DNA of 63,640 nucleotides, counting the filler, from Octopus bimaculoides (taxonomy: Eukaryota): NCBI RefSeq assembly GCF_001194135.2. It is 9 parts of 7 records of this genome, joined end to end, with 100 filler letters (N's around TTAATTAATTAA, not from the genome) between each part and the next. Parts side by side here need not be neighbours in the genome. Positions count along the whole stretch, not along the records: positions 13,668 to 30,582 come from NC_068982.1; positions 30,683 to 34,875 come from NW_026339835.1; positions 34,976 to 43,643 come from NC_068982.1; 6 more parts are not named here. One strand, given 5' to 3'. A program made the translations under genes and the position numbers. Position 1 is the stretch's first letter, and each line of letters starts with the position of its first letter. Shown piece after piece: positions 25,319 to 37,905 of this stretch. Below the pieces are notes generated by a model, which did no database searches, was not told the DNA's origin, and saw only the letters and a list, made by a program, of their open reading frames with translations.

Positions 25319-25971
25319 CATACATACATATATATATATATANNNNNNNNNNNNNNNNNNNNNNNNNNNNNNNNNNNNNNNNNNNNNNNNNNNNNNNNNN
25401 NNNNNNNNNNNNNNNNNNNNNNNNNNNNNNNNNNNNNNNNNNNNNNNNNNNNNNNNNNNNNNNNNNNNNNNNNNNNNNNNNNNNNNNNNNNNNNNNNNNN
25501 NNNNNNNNNNNNNNNNNNNNNNNNNNNNNNNNNNNNNNNNNNNNNNNNNNNNNNNNNNNNNNNNNNNNNNNNNNNNNNNNNNNNNNNNNNNNNNNNNNNN
25601 NNNNNNNNNNNNNNNNNNNNNNNNNNNNNNNNNNNNNNNNNNNNNNNNNNNNNNNNNNNNNNNNNNNNNNNNNNNNNNNNNNNNNNNNNNNNNNNNNNNN
25701 NNNNNNNNNNNNNNNNNNNNNNNNNNNNNNNNNNNNNNNNNNNNNNNNNNNNNNNNNNNNNNNNNNNNNNNNNNNNNNNNNNNNNNNNNNNNNNNNNNNN
25801 NNNNNNNNNNNNNNNNNNNNNNNNNNNNNNNNNNNNNNNNNNNNNNNNNNNNNNNNNNNNNNNNNNNNNNNNNNNNNNNNNNNNNNNNNNNNNNNNNNNN
25901 NNNNNNNNNNNNNNNNNNNNNNNNNNNNNNNNNNNNNNNNNNNNNNNNNNNNNNNNNNNNNNNNNNNNNTA

Positions 25972-26004
<33 letters not shown>

Positions 26005-26029
26005 GTTTGTATGTATGTATGTATGTATG

Positions 26030-26088
<59 letters not shown>

Positions 26089-26390
26089 GTGTATGTATCA
26101 ATGTACATATATAGGTGTGTGTGCCAGAGTGTGTGGTTATATGACAGTTTTAAAGAGGAATGCTTATAGGAGATTACGAGTATGCATAAATGCACATATT
26201 AATATCTTAATATAAACGAGTACACGTGGCCTTTGATATTCGAATTGGCACATATTTAGAACATGCACGGATACCTTAGATATACACATTAATCCACATA
26301 TATTACCGAATATATTTATAATATTACAACCTCGTAGTCTTAGTTAAACGTATACATGGACATACATATTATATACATACTCACACACCC

Positions 26391-26421
<31 letters not shown>

Positions 26422-26836
26422 AATACATTTATATACATGCATTTGTGTGTGTGAATATATATCAATACATAAGTACACTCACATATATAATATATATATT
26501 TTCATGCACACGAACAGTCTTAAATGAATATTTAAATATATAGGCATGTTACAAGATGCCGATATGTTGAATAAATTCTAGAAATGTGATGTGTAGGGAT
26601 ATCACCTTTAGACCTGAGTTGATTCATAACCTTTCGTTACGAATAAGAGGGTGTATACTAAAGAGTAATAAAGTTTTATACGGTAATTAGAGAAAGGTTG
26701 AGATTTGAAGCATGAATTTGTTAAAGACGTATAGATAGCTGAAAAAGTATAATTTATTTGAAGGTGTGAATCAAAGGAAAAACAGCGTTCAGTTTTAGCT
26801 AGTTACATCACCTATGGTAAACGTTAAAATTCTTAC

Positions 26837-28030
26837 ATGTTTCATGACAGTACAAAGGTAGATACTTTCTATTTAAATAGCAACAAAAGTAGCAACGACG
26901 GCGTTATTAGTAGAAACGATATCAATAAACACCACCCCAAACTTAGTACAGAATACACTCAGAACCAAATTAACCACTTTAACCGCCATAGACCTAATCC
27001 TACCCCACTAGGAAGCATCTCCCCACCCCCACAACGTAACCTATGTAACTGTAGGGACAGGAATAATTGTGCCTTCGGTATTACCTGTAGAATTAAGGAC
27101 GTAATTTACCAATGTACAGTCACAACACAGTCAAGCAAAATGAGTTACATTGGAGCAACCCGAGATGAAATAAAACGCAGACTAGCCACGCATCAACATT
27201 CGTTTAGAAATAGAAACAGAGAATTAACTCGACGCGTTTAAGTAGGTATATTTGGGAGCTCAAAGATAGTAATACTAGATTCACATTAAAATGGGAGATC
27301 CTAGCTACTGCACCTTCGTATAATGAGAAAAATAGGAAATGTTACCTTTGCATTAATGAAATTTTTTTTTTTATTCTAACAGCACGTAATCCACTAGTGA
27401 ACTTGAGAGATGAGCGAAGTGTAGCTTGCCTGCACAAAGGGATGTATACTTTCGATAAATATAAATAACATTAGAAACACTTATACTACCCCATGATAGT
27501 ACCACTAACCCCAAAGCATACAAATAGTAGCTCCTGATAGTAAAATGTAGGTCAAACGTCTTAGTCCTTAATTATATCTTGTTAGGAATTACCGAGGCTA
27601 TTTTTTTTTTTATAACTTCTTTTCATAAATTTTAAAACATCTTGCCCCCACCTCTTAAATTGAAACTATCCGTGAATTAAATTTACTATACCCTAGATCA
27701 TTACTAGTTCACTCTTTTAGCTACGGACCTCATACCCCAAGATGATAGATTATATGGGGCTTCTTGACTTCTTTTCTAGGCCGTGTTTTTTTTCATATTC
27801 TTTCTTCCCTTTGTTTATAGTGGACGCTCTTGTGTTTTACTCTGATGAAGCTCCGTACCTTAATTCGAATGTCCTATGAAGTTGAAGAATTTTATTTTCG
27901 CAATTATTTATAGACAGCGTTTGGCAACGGATGCGGAAACGGCCGTAAAATTTGTTACGTCACCTATTTGTTATGTCATGCTTTGTATTAAAAAATAAGC
28001 TATAAATGTGGTCCAATAGATGTTTTTGTT
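26837..28030 (+). mobile_element. Penelope-like element 3' part: GIY-YIG endonuclease pseudogene plus pLTR-like region
   Basis: CNCRDRNNC...C..KDVIYQCTV...YIGAT...KRRLATHQHSF, frameshift, SRYIWELKD...LKWEIL...CYLCINE...LHK..*(stop at 27468). A hammerhead-like motif lies downstream. Confidence 0.85.
27835..27950 (+). ncRNA. Hammerhead ribozyme motif (type I, damaged stem I) in the Penelope-like pLTR
   Basis: CTGATGA at 27842-27848, stem II GCTCCGT/ACGGA(T)GC, GAAA at 27936-27939, palindrome ACGGCCGT, GTA triplet. Confidence 0.55.
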
Positions 28031-30313
28031 ATTCTGAGGTTTTCTCCATTTTTCTGATTATATATATATATGTATGTATGTATGTATATATATTTATATA
28101 TATCCTACACACTCATACACACTTACACACTCACTCATACGCACATCCATTCACACAACACACACACAACACACACACACGCACGTGCACACACGTATGT
28201 ATGCACATATATTCAATAGCATCTATCGCACATAATACTAAATAAATATTTTCACAGAATAAAAAAGACACAACAAAAGCAAATGAAAAAAAAAATATTA
28301 ATAACAAACGGAAAATGCAGTTGTATTGTGAAATTGAAAGTTAATAAAAACACTACTGAAACATTGTTATGAGATGAAACAAGAAGTTTGATAGAAACAA
28401 ATTCTAGAAATATGTCATCTAAAGAATACACAAATGACAACGGAAATGCAACGACAATAATGAATGTTTATGCCGCGAATGGTTTTAGCTAGTTCTATTG
28501 TTTTACTGACTGACATATGCAAATTTTTGGAATGCTTTGAAAGGACGTTTACTTCATAAATGAATGAAACTATACGTATGGAGACGCACAGATTTGCATG
28601 GAAACATATAAATATACAAACACTTACGCACACCCATAAACACCTCACATCCACACACATATATGCCTATATANNNNNNNNNNNNNNNNNNNNNNNNNNN
28701 NNNNNNNNNNNNNNNNNNNNNNNNNNNNNNNNNNNNNNNNNNNNNNNNNNNNNNNNNNNNNNNNNNNNNNNNNNNNNNNNNNNNNNNNNNNNNNNNNNNN
28801 NNNNNNNNNNNNNNNNNNNNNNNNNNNNNNNNNNNNNNNNNNNNNNNNNNNNNNNNNNNNNNNNNNNNNNNNNNNNNNNNNNNNNNNNNNNNNNNNNNNN
28901 NNNATATATATATATATATACATACATATATATATACATACATATATATATGAATGCGTCGCAGTGTGATGATTTCACATGTATATGCATACATGCATAT
29001 ATATATATATGTATATGAATGAATGCACACCCCCTCCACATATAACGTGCATACACACGTGCACAACTAGCGTACTTACCCACACACGTATGATATATAT
29101 ATATATATATATATATCATAGCTGCGTGATGAATTTATATCTTCAGGCAGTGTTAAAGAAAAAAATAAGCGTTGCAAAATTTGCTGACGCAGAAATGCAT
29201 ACATACACGAAAAACAGAAAAAGAAAAAGTAAAGCAAAATGTTTTTGCTCGCAGTAAATATCTTTTCACACAAGACAAACTCTCATGCGTCACTACCACC
29301 AACACCGCAACACATAAACATTACAGATCTCTCTAAGATGATATTCCTTGTTACTTCATCTCTCCTCATTATTCACTCAGGTGTGATTGTATACATACAT
29401 ATATATGTATTTATACACACACGTGCGAACTCATATTTATATATCTATGTGTGTGTGAATTTATATACACACGCTAAGATTGTACACGTGTGTGTATATG
29501 TACAAATACACTCTTGTAAATGCGTGTGTCTTTCAGAAGCAAATAATATAATGGTAAATTATTGAAATCTTACCTAACTCATACAATAAAACATGTTACG
29601 GATACAATAATGCATTTTCATATGAGTTTTTAAAACGATATTTGACACTAGCGATGATAAAAGGCAACGACTTTGATGACGATATTAGTGATCAGAATAA
29701 TATCGATATTGCTAAACATACATGCATGTTTGTTTAAGTTTTTATTTAAACCCAAGCGTGGTTTATGATCAAAAACTTACCAGCCTTCATCATAACATTT
29801 TTACAGTAATCTAGAATTATTTGATGTAACCTGTACCTCGCAAGTTTAAGACAGTTGGAATGCCATTAAAAGGGATTTGACTGCTATTCATATCGGGAGG
29901 CCAACAAGGTAGAAGAATTTCCCTCTTAGTTTCCGGTGCTGTGTATGCTTCTGATAGTCGTTTATTTTCATTGCGTTGTCGTCGTTGTTGTTGTTGCTAT
30001 TGCATGAAATAGTTAATGAAAAGGCCGTTGAGACTACTGTTATTGTTTTTGGTGCTGGTTCTGTTGTTTTCGCAATATAGTTTTGCACAGTTTCGATCAA
30101 CCTCACCGATGGTACAAACGTAATTTGTCGAAACAATTGCTGTAGTACAGAGAACAAGTTGTCCCGGTTTAAAGTATTCTGCACCTCTGGAAACGGCACT
30201 CCAATTTTCAGTATTTTTGGGGGTTGGTTGTCTGACCACTCAAGAGCAATAATTACAATTTGTTTGTGTAATGTTGGACCTAATGAGATTAGTGAGATTG
30301 TTGTAATCCATCC

Positions 30314-30384
<71 letters not shown>

Positions 30385-30682
30385 ATCATGGACGGACGGT
30401 AGACACATCGGCTCCCATGTAAGTTGCATTTTTCACCTCTTAAAAGACCTATTTTGTTTTAAAATTTTGTATAAGTTGTGTATAACACAAAATACTTCGT
30501 GAACATATATTTTTCAAATCAGAAATAGCTCTATTTAGAGCCTTATTTCCAAAAATTCAAACATATCTTCCTCGTTCCTAGCNNNNNNNNNNNNNNNNNN
30601 NNNNNNNNNNNNNNNNNNNNNNNNNNTTAATTAATTAANNNNNNNNNNNNNNNNNNNNNNNNNNNNNNNNNNNNNNNNNNNN

Positions 30683-30806
30683 ACAAGGCTTTGGTCAGCC
30701 CAAGGCTATAGTAGAAGACACTTGCCCTAGGTACCACGCAGTGGAACTGAACTCAGAATCATGTGGTCGATGTGTTGAGAAAAAAGCTTCTTATCACACA
30801 GCCACA
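30683..30806 (-). mobile_element. SINE family A, 5' half (other half-copies at ~20148-20270, 31865-31990, 34630-34845, 35824-35945, 39644-39830, 53345-53495, 54497-54570, 58783-58932)
   Basis: Sequence similarity to 21831-22232. Confidence 0.75.
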
Positions 30807-31448
30807 TATATGTGTATATGTATATGTATGAATGTATATGTATATACGTATATATGCATATATGTAAATTTATAAATGCATATACTTATACATATATATA
30901 CATACATACATATACGTAAGTTTTTCTGAGAGAAAATAGAATTCCGGTACAATTGTGTGTGATGACGTAATGTAATGGGTGTGCATAATAATGAGCTCAG
31001 GTCGACTTAACACTTCACTTAAATTTCTGGCTTGAATGGTGTGTGACCAATCGAAAATGTAGCAGGAGCTGTTTGGCAATGAATGGATAATAGTGGTTTA
31101 CCATTGTGTGTGTACATGTAGAGTAGAAAAAAAGAATGCACAGGCAAACAGTTGATATCAGCTCAGAGCATGGAATATTTAAACATATTTGCACGTTTGT
31201 TACAGTAGAGTTGTCAGAAGAGAGATTGTCCTTTACAGCTGTTTCAAGCATAGGTGCACACATGGTGAATTTCTCAGTGGACAGCTACAGACTTTTTATA
31301 CAGTAACGGACTGTTCCATCTTCAGGTTGAAAAACATTAAAGTAGATCCTTAGTAGAAGACTTCAATGGCTAGCAGATCCATTGTTGAAGTCCATGAAAA
31401 TGATGCCAATTGTTTGTCTATCTGATCATTCTTTCTTTCTTTCTACTG

Positions 31449-31530
31449 TGCGGGAGTGGGCTGAAAAGTTCATAGGCTTAATAAGAAGGAGTTGTGCTAG
31501 AGCTGTGAAATATTGCATACATTAATTTCA
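31449..31530 (+). mobile_element. Possible mariner-type left-end fragment
   Basis: g.gggctgaaaagttcataggct resembles the TIR at 58234. No partner TIR was found. Confidence 0.3.
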
Positions 31531-31547
31531 ACACAATAATAGTCACA

Positions 31548-31700
31548 TTTACATTATTTACATCATTTACATTTGACGGATATTTGTCCTCATCTTGTTT
31601 GTTATTAACACAACGTTTCGGCTGATATACCCTCCAGCCTTCATCAGGTGTCTTGGGGAAATTTTAAACCTGGGTTCTCATTCCTAAGGTATCTTTCGAT
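31548..31700 (-). mobile_element. Short hammerhead-bearing element, copy 1 (solo pLTR or retrozyme-like)
   Basis: Highly similar to 43391-43571; abuts (CTT)n. Confidence 0.75.
31607..31652 (-). ncRNA. Minimal type I hammerhead ribozyme
   Basis: Minus strand: GACAC-CUGAUGA-A-GGCUG(gagggUaUaU)CAGCC-GAAA-CGUU^GUGUU. Stem I is GACAC/GUGUU, stem II is a perfect 5 bp, and stem III is reduced to the palindrome AACGUU. Confidence 0.8.
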
Positions 31701-33784
31701 CTTCTTCTTCTTCTTCTTCTTCTTCTTTTTCTTCTTCTTTTTCTTCTTCTTCTCCTCCTCCTTCTCCTCCTCCTTTGATATATATATATCAAAATAAGCA
31801 ACAAGGATATCCAAAGTTAATGACTTATTCAACAGTGTGTGTGAGTATGTGTATGTGTGTTCGTACTTGTGCATCTTTGTGTCTGTGTTTGTCCTCCACC
31901 ACCACCACTTGACAACCGGTGCAGGTGTGTTTATATCACCATAAATTAACAGTTCAGCAAAAGACACCAATAAATTCAGTACCAGGCTTTAAAAAACAAA
32001 ACAAAAAAGGAACATTAAGTACCGGTGCTGATTGACTCATTCAACTAAAACCCCCTTCTAGGCAGTATCCCCAGCCTGGACGCAGAAGAACCACAATGTA
32101 AAAAATATAAGACATATATATAAAAAATATAAGACAAGACAGAAGAACCACAATATATAAAAAAGTAACGAAGAAAACACTTGTATTAATATCCCCTTTC
32201 AAAACAGAATTTTTCGTAAGTGAAGGTGACACAAACAATAAATGGCTGAGATATTTCATTTCCTTTCTGTCTGCTGTACAACTAATTCAAACGTCTAAAA
32301 CTTCATACAAGCGAGGTCACTCTAAGAATTCACCTCACAATGTTGCTTTGTTATCCAAACAATATTTTCGAAGTTATGTTTTTAAGCAGTCTTTTTCAAA
32401 CAATGCATGTTTGTGTGTGGACATTTGGTTGGCACACGTGTGTGTGTGTGTGTATGCATTTTCCATGCATCTGCTTATATATATATATATATATATATAT
32501 NNNNNNNNNNNNNNNNNNNNNNNNNNNNNNNNNNNNNNNNNNNNNNNNNNNNNNNNNNNNNNNNNNNNNNNNNNNNNNNNNNNNNNNNNNNNNNNNNNNN
32601 NNNNNNNNNNNNNNNNNNNNNNNNNNNNNNNNNNNNNNNNNNNNNNNNNNNNNNNNNNNNNNNNNNNNNNNNNNNNNNNNNNNNNNNNNNNNNNNNNNNN
32701 NNNNNNNNNNNNNNNNNNNNNNNNNNNNNNNNNNNNNNNNNNNNNNNNNNNNNNNNNNNNNNNNNNNNNNNNNNNNNNNNNNNNNNNNNNNNNNNNNNNN
32801 NNNNNNNNNNNNNNNNNNNNNNNNNNNNNNNNNNNNNNNNNNNNNNNNNNNNNNNNNNNNNNNNNNNNNNNNNNNNNNNNNNNNNNNNNNNNNNNNNNNN
32901 NNNNNNNNNNNNNNNNNNNNNNNNNNNNNNNNNNNNNNNNNNNNNNNNNNNNNNNNNNNNNNNNNNNNNNNNNNNNNNNNNNNNNNNNNNNNNNNNNNNN
33001 NNNNNNNNNNNNNNNNNNNNNNNNNNNNNNNNNNNNNNNNNNNNNNNNNNNNNNNNNNNNNNNNNNNNNNNNNNNNNNNNNNNNNNNNNNNNNNNNATAT
33101 ATAATAAATGTAGATAAATACGTATAATTAGATTAGTGTGTTTTAATGGTGAACACCATTATGTCAAACGCGATTACAGTGAATCACGGTTAAAGGAAAT
33201 AGCAGACGATATAGCTAAGATTAGCAAAGAAAGTCAAACCTTCAAGTATAATTTTAGCAAACACAATGCAATATGTGACAGAATTCTTTTAGTGATTAAT
33301 TGACACCGAAATTTTGCTGGTATTTCAAAAGTGTTGCATAAAAGTCACCAGCATGTTGCAGGAAAGTATCTTCGTTTCAAACAGATATTTTCTCAACCGC
33401 GTATTGTAGCCTTTAGACGGAATAAAAACATAAGAGATCTATTGATCTCTATTTTCTGACCCCAAGAAAACGAACATTGGAGTATCTGCACGCTGTACCT
33501 TGAAAAACAGCTGCAAGAGAGGCAAACCCTTTCCTTTTTTTTTTCTCTTCCTTTCTATACTTTTCTTTTCGCCTGTTATAAAATTGAAACTTAAAAACTG
33601 AGACGATGTCATTCCATCAACGTGTGGACGCTGGTTGCTCTCATTCATACTTCAGATTTGAATTTCTAAAATTTTGAATTTTTATCACTTTCTATTTTGA
33701 ACACGACAAAGACTGGCTTACTGTAGAAATATCGTTCAACCAATGAAATATCAATTGCAATCGCATCACGCTCTTCGTCTTTTC

Positions 33785-33856
<72 letters not shown>

Positions 33857-33857
<1 letters not shown>

Positions 33858-34330
33858 GAGTGAGAGGGCAGTGCAGGCCATTAAAATGATACTGGGGTAA
33901 AATATACATATGAAGCCCAGTGTACCCATCATGACTACCCGTCTGATAAGGGTACACCAGGCACGTGCATCACAACCATATGTACGCGACATGGTGATCT
34001 TATATCAAGATAAACAGCGCATGGCCTTGCAGGTGAGGCCCAGTTAGAATTTTCTTCAGGTTGAGCAGCCAGCCCATCCCGCTCAAAAGGTCCTTGAATA
34101 AAGGTTGTTTGAGGATGTCGAACGAAATATCCATGTTTCCAAAAGTGAATTATCCAAGCCCCAAAGAATTCCTCTCAACCCATGGCTATGATGCTCCCCC
34201 ACTACTTCTACTCGTGATCAGAGATGCACATATCGTCAGCCACCAAGGGACATGCTCAACTGGCTAAGGGCAAGTAACTAACAAGCAGGATCTGTGGTTT
34301 TGAGCAGAATATTTACCGTAGCCCATCTTT
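33857..34330 (-). mobile_element. Family D element, 3' part with (AAT)n tail (33786-33857)
   Basis: Reverse complement of 8110-8588, extended to ...gcactgccctctcactc(aat)n. Confidence 0.75.
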
Positions 34331-34331
34331 T

Positions 34332-34532
34332 AAGGTGGCAAACTTGGAAGTACCAGTTGAGTACACCGGGGGAAATGCTTAACAGTATTTCGTCTGTCGC
34401 CATGCCACGTTCTGAATTCAAATTCCTTCGAGGTCGACTTTGCCTTTCATCCTTTTGGGGTCGATAAATTAAGTACCAGTTGAGTACTGGAGTCGATGTA
34501 ATCGACTGGCCCCCTCCCCTAAATTTTAGGCA
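34332..34532 (+). mobile_element. SINE family B
   Basis: gttctgaattcaaattcc..gaggtcgactttgcctttcatcc...gtcgataaattaagtaccag. Confidence 0.8.
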
Positions 34533-34842
34533 AGAGAAATGTGTCAACCTCTGTCTACATATTCAAGTTTTGAATTCAAATGTCATGTATGTATGTTTGT
34601 ATGTATGTATGTATGTATGTATGTAATTGTGTGTCTGTGTTTATCCCTCCACCATCGCTTGACGACCGATGTTGGTGTGTTTACGTACCCGTAACTTAGT
34701 GGTTCGGCAAAAGAAACCGATAGAATAAGTACTAGGCTTACAAAGAATAAGTCCTTGGGTCGATTTGTTTGACTAAAAGAAAAACAGCGGTGCTCCAGCA
34801 TGGCTGCAGTCAAATGAGTGAAACAAGTAAAAGAATGAAATA

Positions 34843-34875
<33 letters not shown>

Positions 34876-35013
34876 NNNNNNNNNNNNNNNNNNNNNNNNN
34901 NNNNNNNNNNNNNNNNNNNTTAATTAATTAANNNNNNNNNNNNNNNNNNNNNNNNNNNNNNNNNNNNNNNNNNNNTACACACATTTTTTCTCTCCTTGTT
35001 TCTTTCTGTGTTC

Positions 35014-35049
35014 CTTTCTGTTGAAGAGCATAGGCTCGAAACGTTAAAG
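35014..35049 (+). ncRNA. Minimal type I hammerhead-like motif with variant core (CUGUUGA), in a ~165-bp repeat-like segment (34976-35140)
   Basis: CUUU-CUGUUGA-A-GAGC(auag)GCUC-GAAA-CGUU^AAAG. Stems I and II pair, and it has the same AACGUU palindrome as 31607 and 43477. Confidence 0.6.
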
Positions 35050-36850
35050 ACTTTCTCTATTCTCGAGCGTTATACTAATACATCCATTTGTTGTCTACAC
35101 CACCTGTCTTCGTCTGTTGTCTTTTCGTGAATCTCCCTATATATATATAGGGGCTGCCTGCTGGAGCCTAGCAGCAGATATAAAAAGGGGAACTTGACAC
35201 GACGATCAGTCGGACGCTGACACTCGTTGATGCTGCATCGAAGAGGCCAGGGAATAGAAGAAAGAAGACATGCACCCAACACCAGAGCTGNNNNNNNNNN
35301 NNNNNNNNNNNNNNNNNNNNNNNNNNNNNNNNNNNNNNNNNNNNNNNNNNNNNNNNNNNNNNNNNNNNNNNNNNNNNNNNNNNNNNNNNNNNNNNNNNNN
35401 NNNNNNNNNNNNNNNNNNNNNNNNNNNNNNNNNNNNNNNNNNNNNNNNNNNNNNNNNNNNNNNNNNNNNNNNNNNNNNNNNNNNNNNNNNNNNNNNNNNN
35501 NNNNNNNNNNNNNNNNNNNNNNNNNNNNNNNNNNNNNNNNNNNNNNNNNNNNNNNNNNNNNNNNNNNNNNNNNNNNNNNNNNNNNNNNNNNNNNNNNNNN
35601 NNNNNNNNNNNNNNNNNNNNNNNNNNNNNNNNNNNNNNNNNNNNNNNNNNNNNNNNNNNNNNNNNNNNNNNNNNNNNNNNNNNNNNNNNNNNNNNNNNNN
35701 NNNNNNNNNNNNNNNNNNNNNNNNNNNNNNNNNNNNNNNNNNNNNNNNNNNNNNNNNNNNNNNNNNNNNNNNNNNNNNNNNNNNNNNNNNNNNNNNNNNN
35801 NNNNNNNATATATATATATATATACGATGGGCTTCTTTCAGTTTTCGTTTATCAAATCCACTCATAAAGGTTTGTTTCGTCAGAAACGTAGTGGAAGACA
35901 TTTGCCCAAGGTGTCACGCAGTGGGACTGAACCTAAAACTACGTGAGCTTAATCAGAGCCTTGAAACCAAACACCGACAACCACTGTTGCAGTCACACCA
36001 GGCATTATGGATACAATAGTTACCAACATGACCAACAACACTACTTTCATTACAAGTAACAAAAAGAAGGCCATTTTTCTATTTGGCTGTTGTTCGACTT
36101 ACGAGAAACAGCAGCGACATTACTTTCAATTAAATCTCGCAGTCTTAAAATAGGAAGTACACATCAAACAAGGTAGGCCTAGATACATAAAATAGTGAAA
36201 TGGTCAAGGCTGGAATGCTTTTAATAGTAGGTTTTCTCGGTTGTGACTGACCTAAGACTAAACAACACAAGTATAACCTTTTAACATCCTGTTTGCTACT
36301 GATATGTACTTCCACCTCATCCCTTTCACCCATAATAATGACAATTATCAATAGTAGCAAGTTCCTCTTCCGTTTTAATCGCTATCCTAGTTCTCCAATA
36401 CGCCACATAGATATAGTACTATGTCCTTGATAATACATTCACAGCGATAATACATTCACTACTAGGTTAAAGGTGAGAGATCGGGATAAACAATTTTATT
36501 GAAAAGACAATAATCGGAAATACCTTTCAGCAAGACACATAACATAAACTATGAATCATATGTAAATATAGTTAACCTGCCTTTAGAGATTGTTTCAGCT
36601 AAAACCCCAATTAACCACATGAAATTAGGCACATGCATACCTGTGTAGTTAAAAAGTTTTCTTCACAGCTACGATGTTCTGGTTCGATTTCTCTGCGCGA
36701 CACAGTAAGCATGTGTCTTGTACTGTAGTCTGAATTATATCCCACTTTGCAAGTGGAAAATTTGTAGACCAACATGTGTAAATAGTTGTGTGTTTGCGTG
36801 CCTGTATGTGTGCGTCTGTATGTGCCTCTGTGTGCATGCGTGTGTGTGCA

Positions 36851-36946
<96 letters not shown>

Positions 36947-37053
36947 GGTGTGTGTCTGTCGGTGGCTGTGTGTTTGAACCGATGTATCCAGTTATGTCCT
37001 TTAATGTCACGAGATCACCTCACCATTTCATAGATATCGATGAAATGTATATA

Positions 37054-37465
37054 GGCGCAGCTGTGTGGTATGGTTCCGGGTTCAGTCCCACAGTGTGGTA
37101 CCTTGGGCAAGTTTCTTCTACTATGGCCTCCTGCCGACCAAATCCTTGTGAGTGGATTTGGTAGACGGAAACTGAAAGAAATCCGTCATCGTTTATATGT
37201 ATGTGTGTATGTGTATGTGTGTATGTGTATGTGTGTGTGTGTTGGTGTATCTGTGTTTGTACCCCCCAACATCGCTTGACAACCGATGTTGGTGTGTTTA
37301 CGTCCCCGTAACTTCGCGTTTCGGTAAATAAAAAAAAGACCGATAAAATAAGTATTAGGCTTACAAAGAATAAGTCCTGGGGTCGATTTGTTCGACTAAA
37401 GGCGGTGCTCCACCATGGCCGCAGTCAATTGACTGAAACAAATTTAAAAAATAGAATAAGAGAAT
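37054..37465 (+). mobile_element. SINE family A, near-complete copy with internal (TG/TATG) microsatellite
   Basis: Head ggcgcagctgtgtggta..ggttccgggttcagtccca, internal repeat at ~37194-37243, 3' half as in 21831. Confidence 0.9.
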
Positions 37466-37578
37466 ATATATATACGTACGTATACATATCTATGTATGTA
37501 TGTATGTATGTATGTATGTATGTATGTATATTCATATCAAATTTCATATATATAGATAATAAAAAATATATAGGTATG

Positions 37579-37609
<31 letters not shown>

Positions 37610-37820
37610 ACACATACATATATAAATATGTGCGTGCGTGTGTAGTATGTATTTATGTATGTATATACATGACATGAATCGTCTTTTTACGGTCGAACTG
37701 TAGTGTGGGTATAAGAAAATTGGTTGACCCATTCCAGTGTTTATGTCTGTGAATTAATGTCTATGTCTGCGAGTGTGTGTGTACGCGCGCAAGCGTGCAT
37801 GCGTCCCTGTGTGTGTGTGG

Positions 37821-37905
<85 letters not shown>

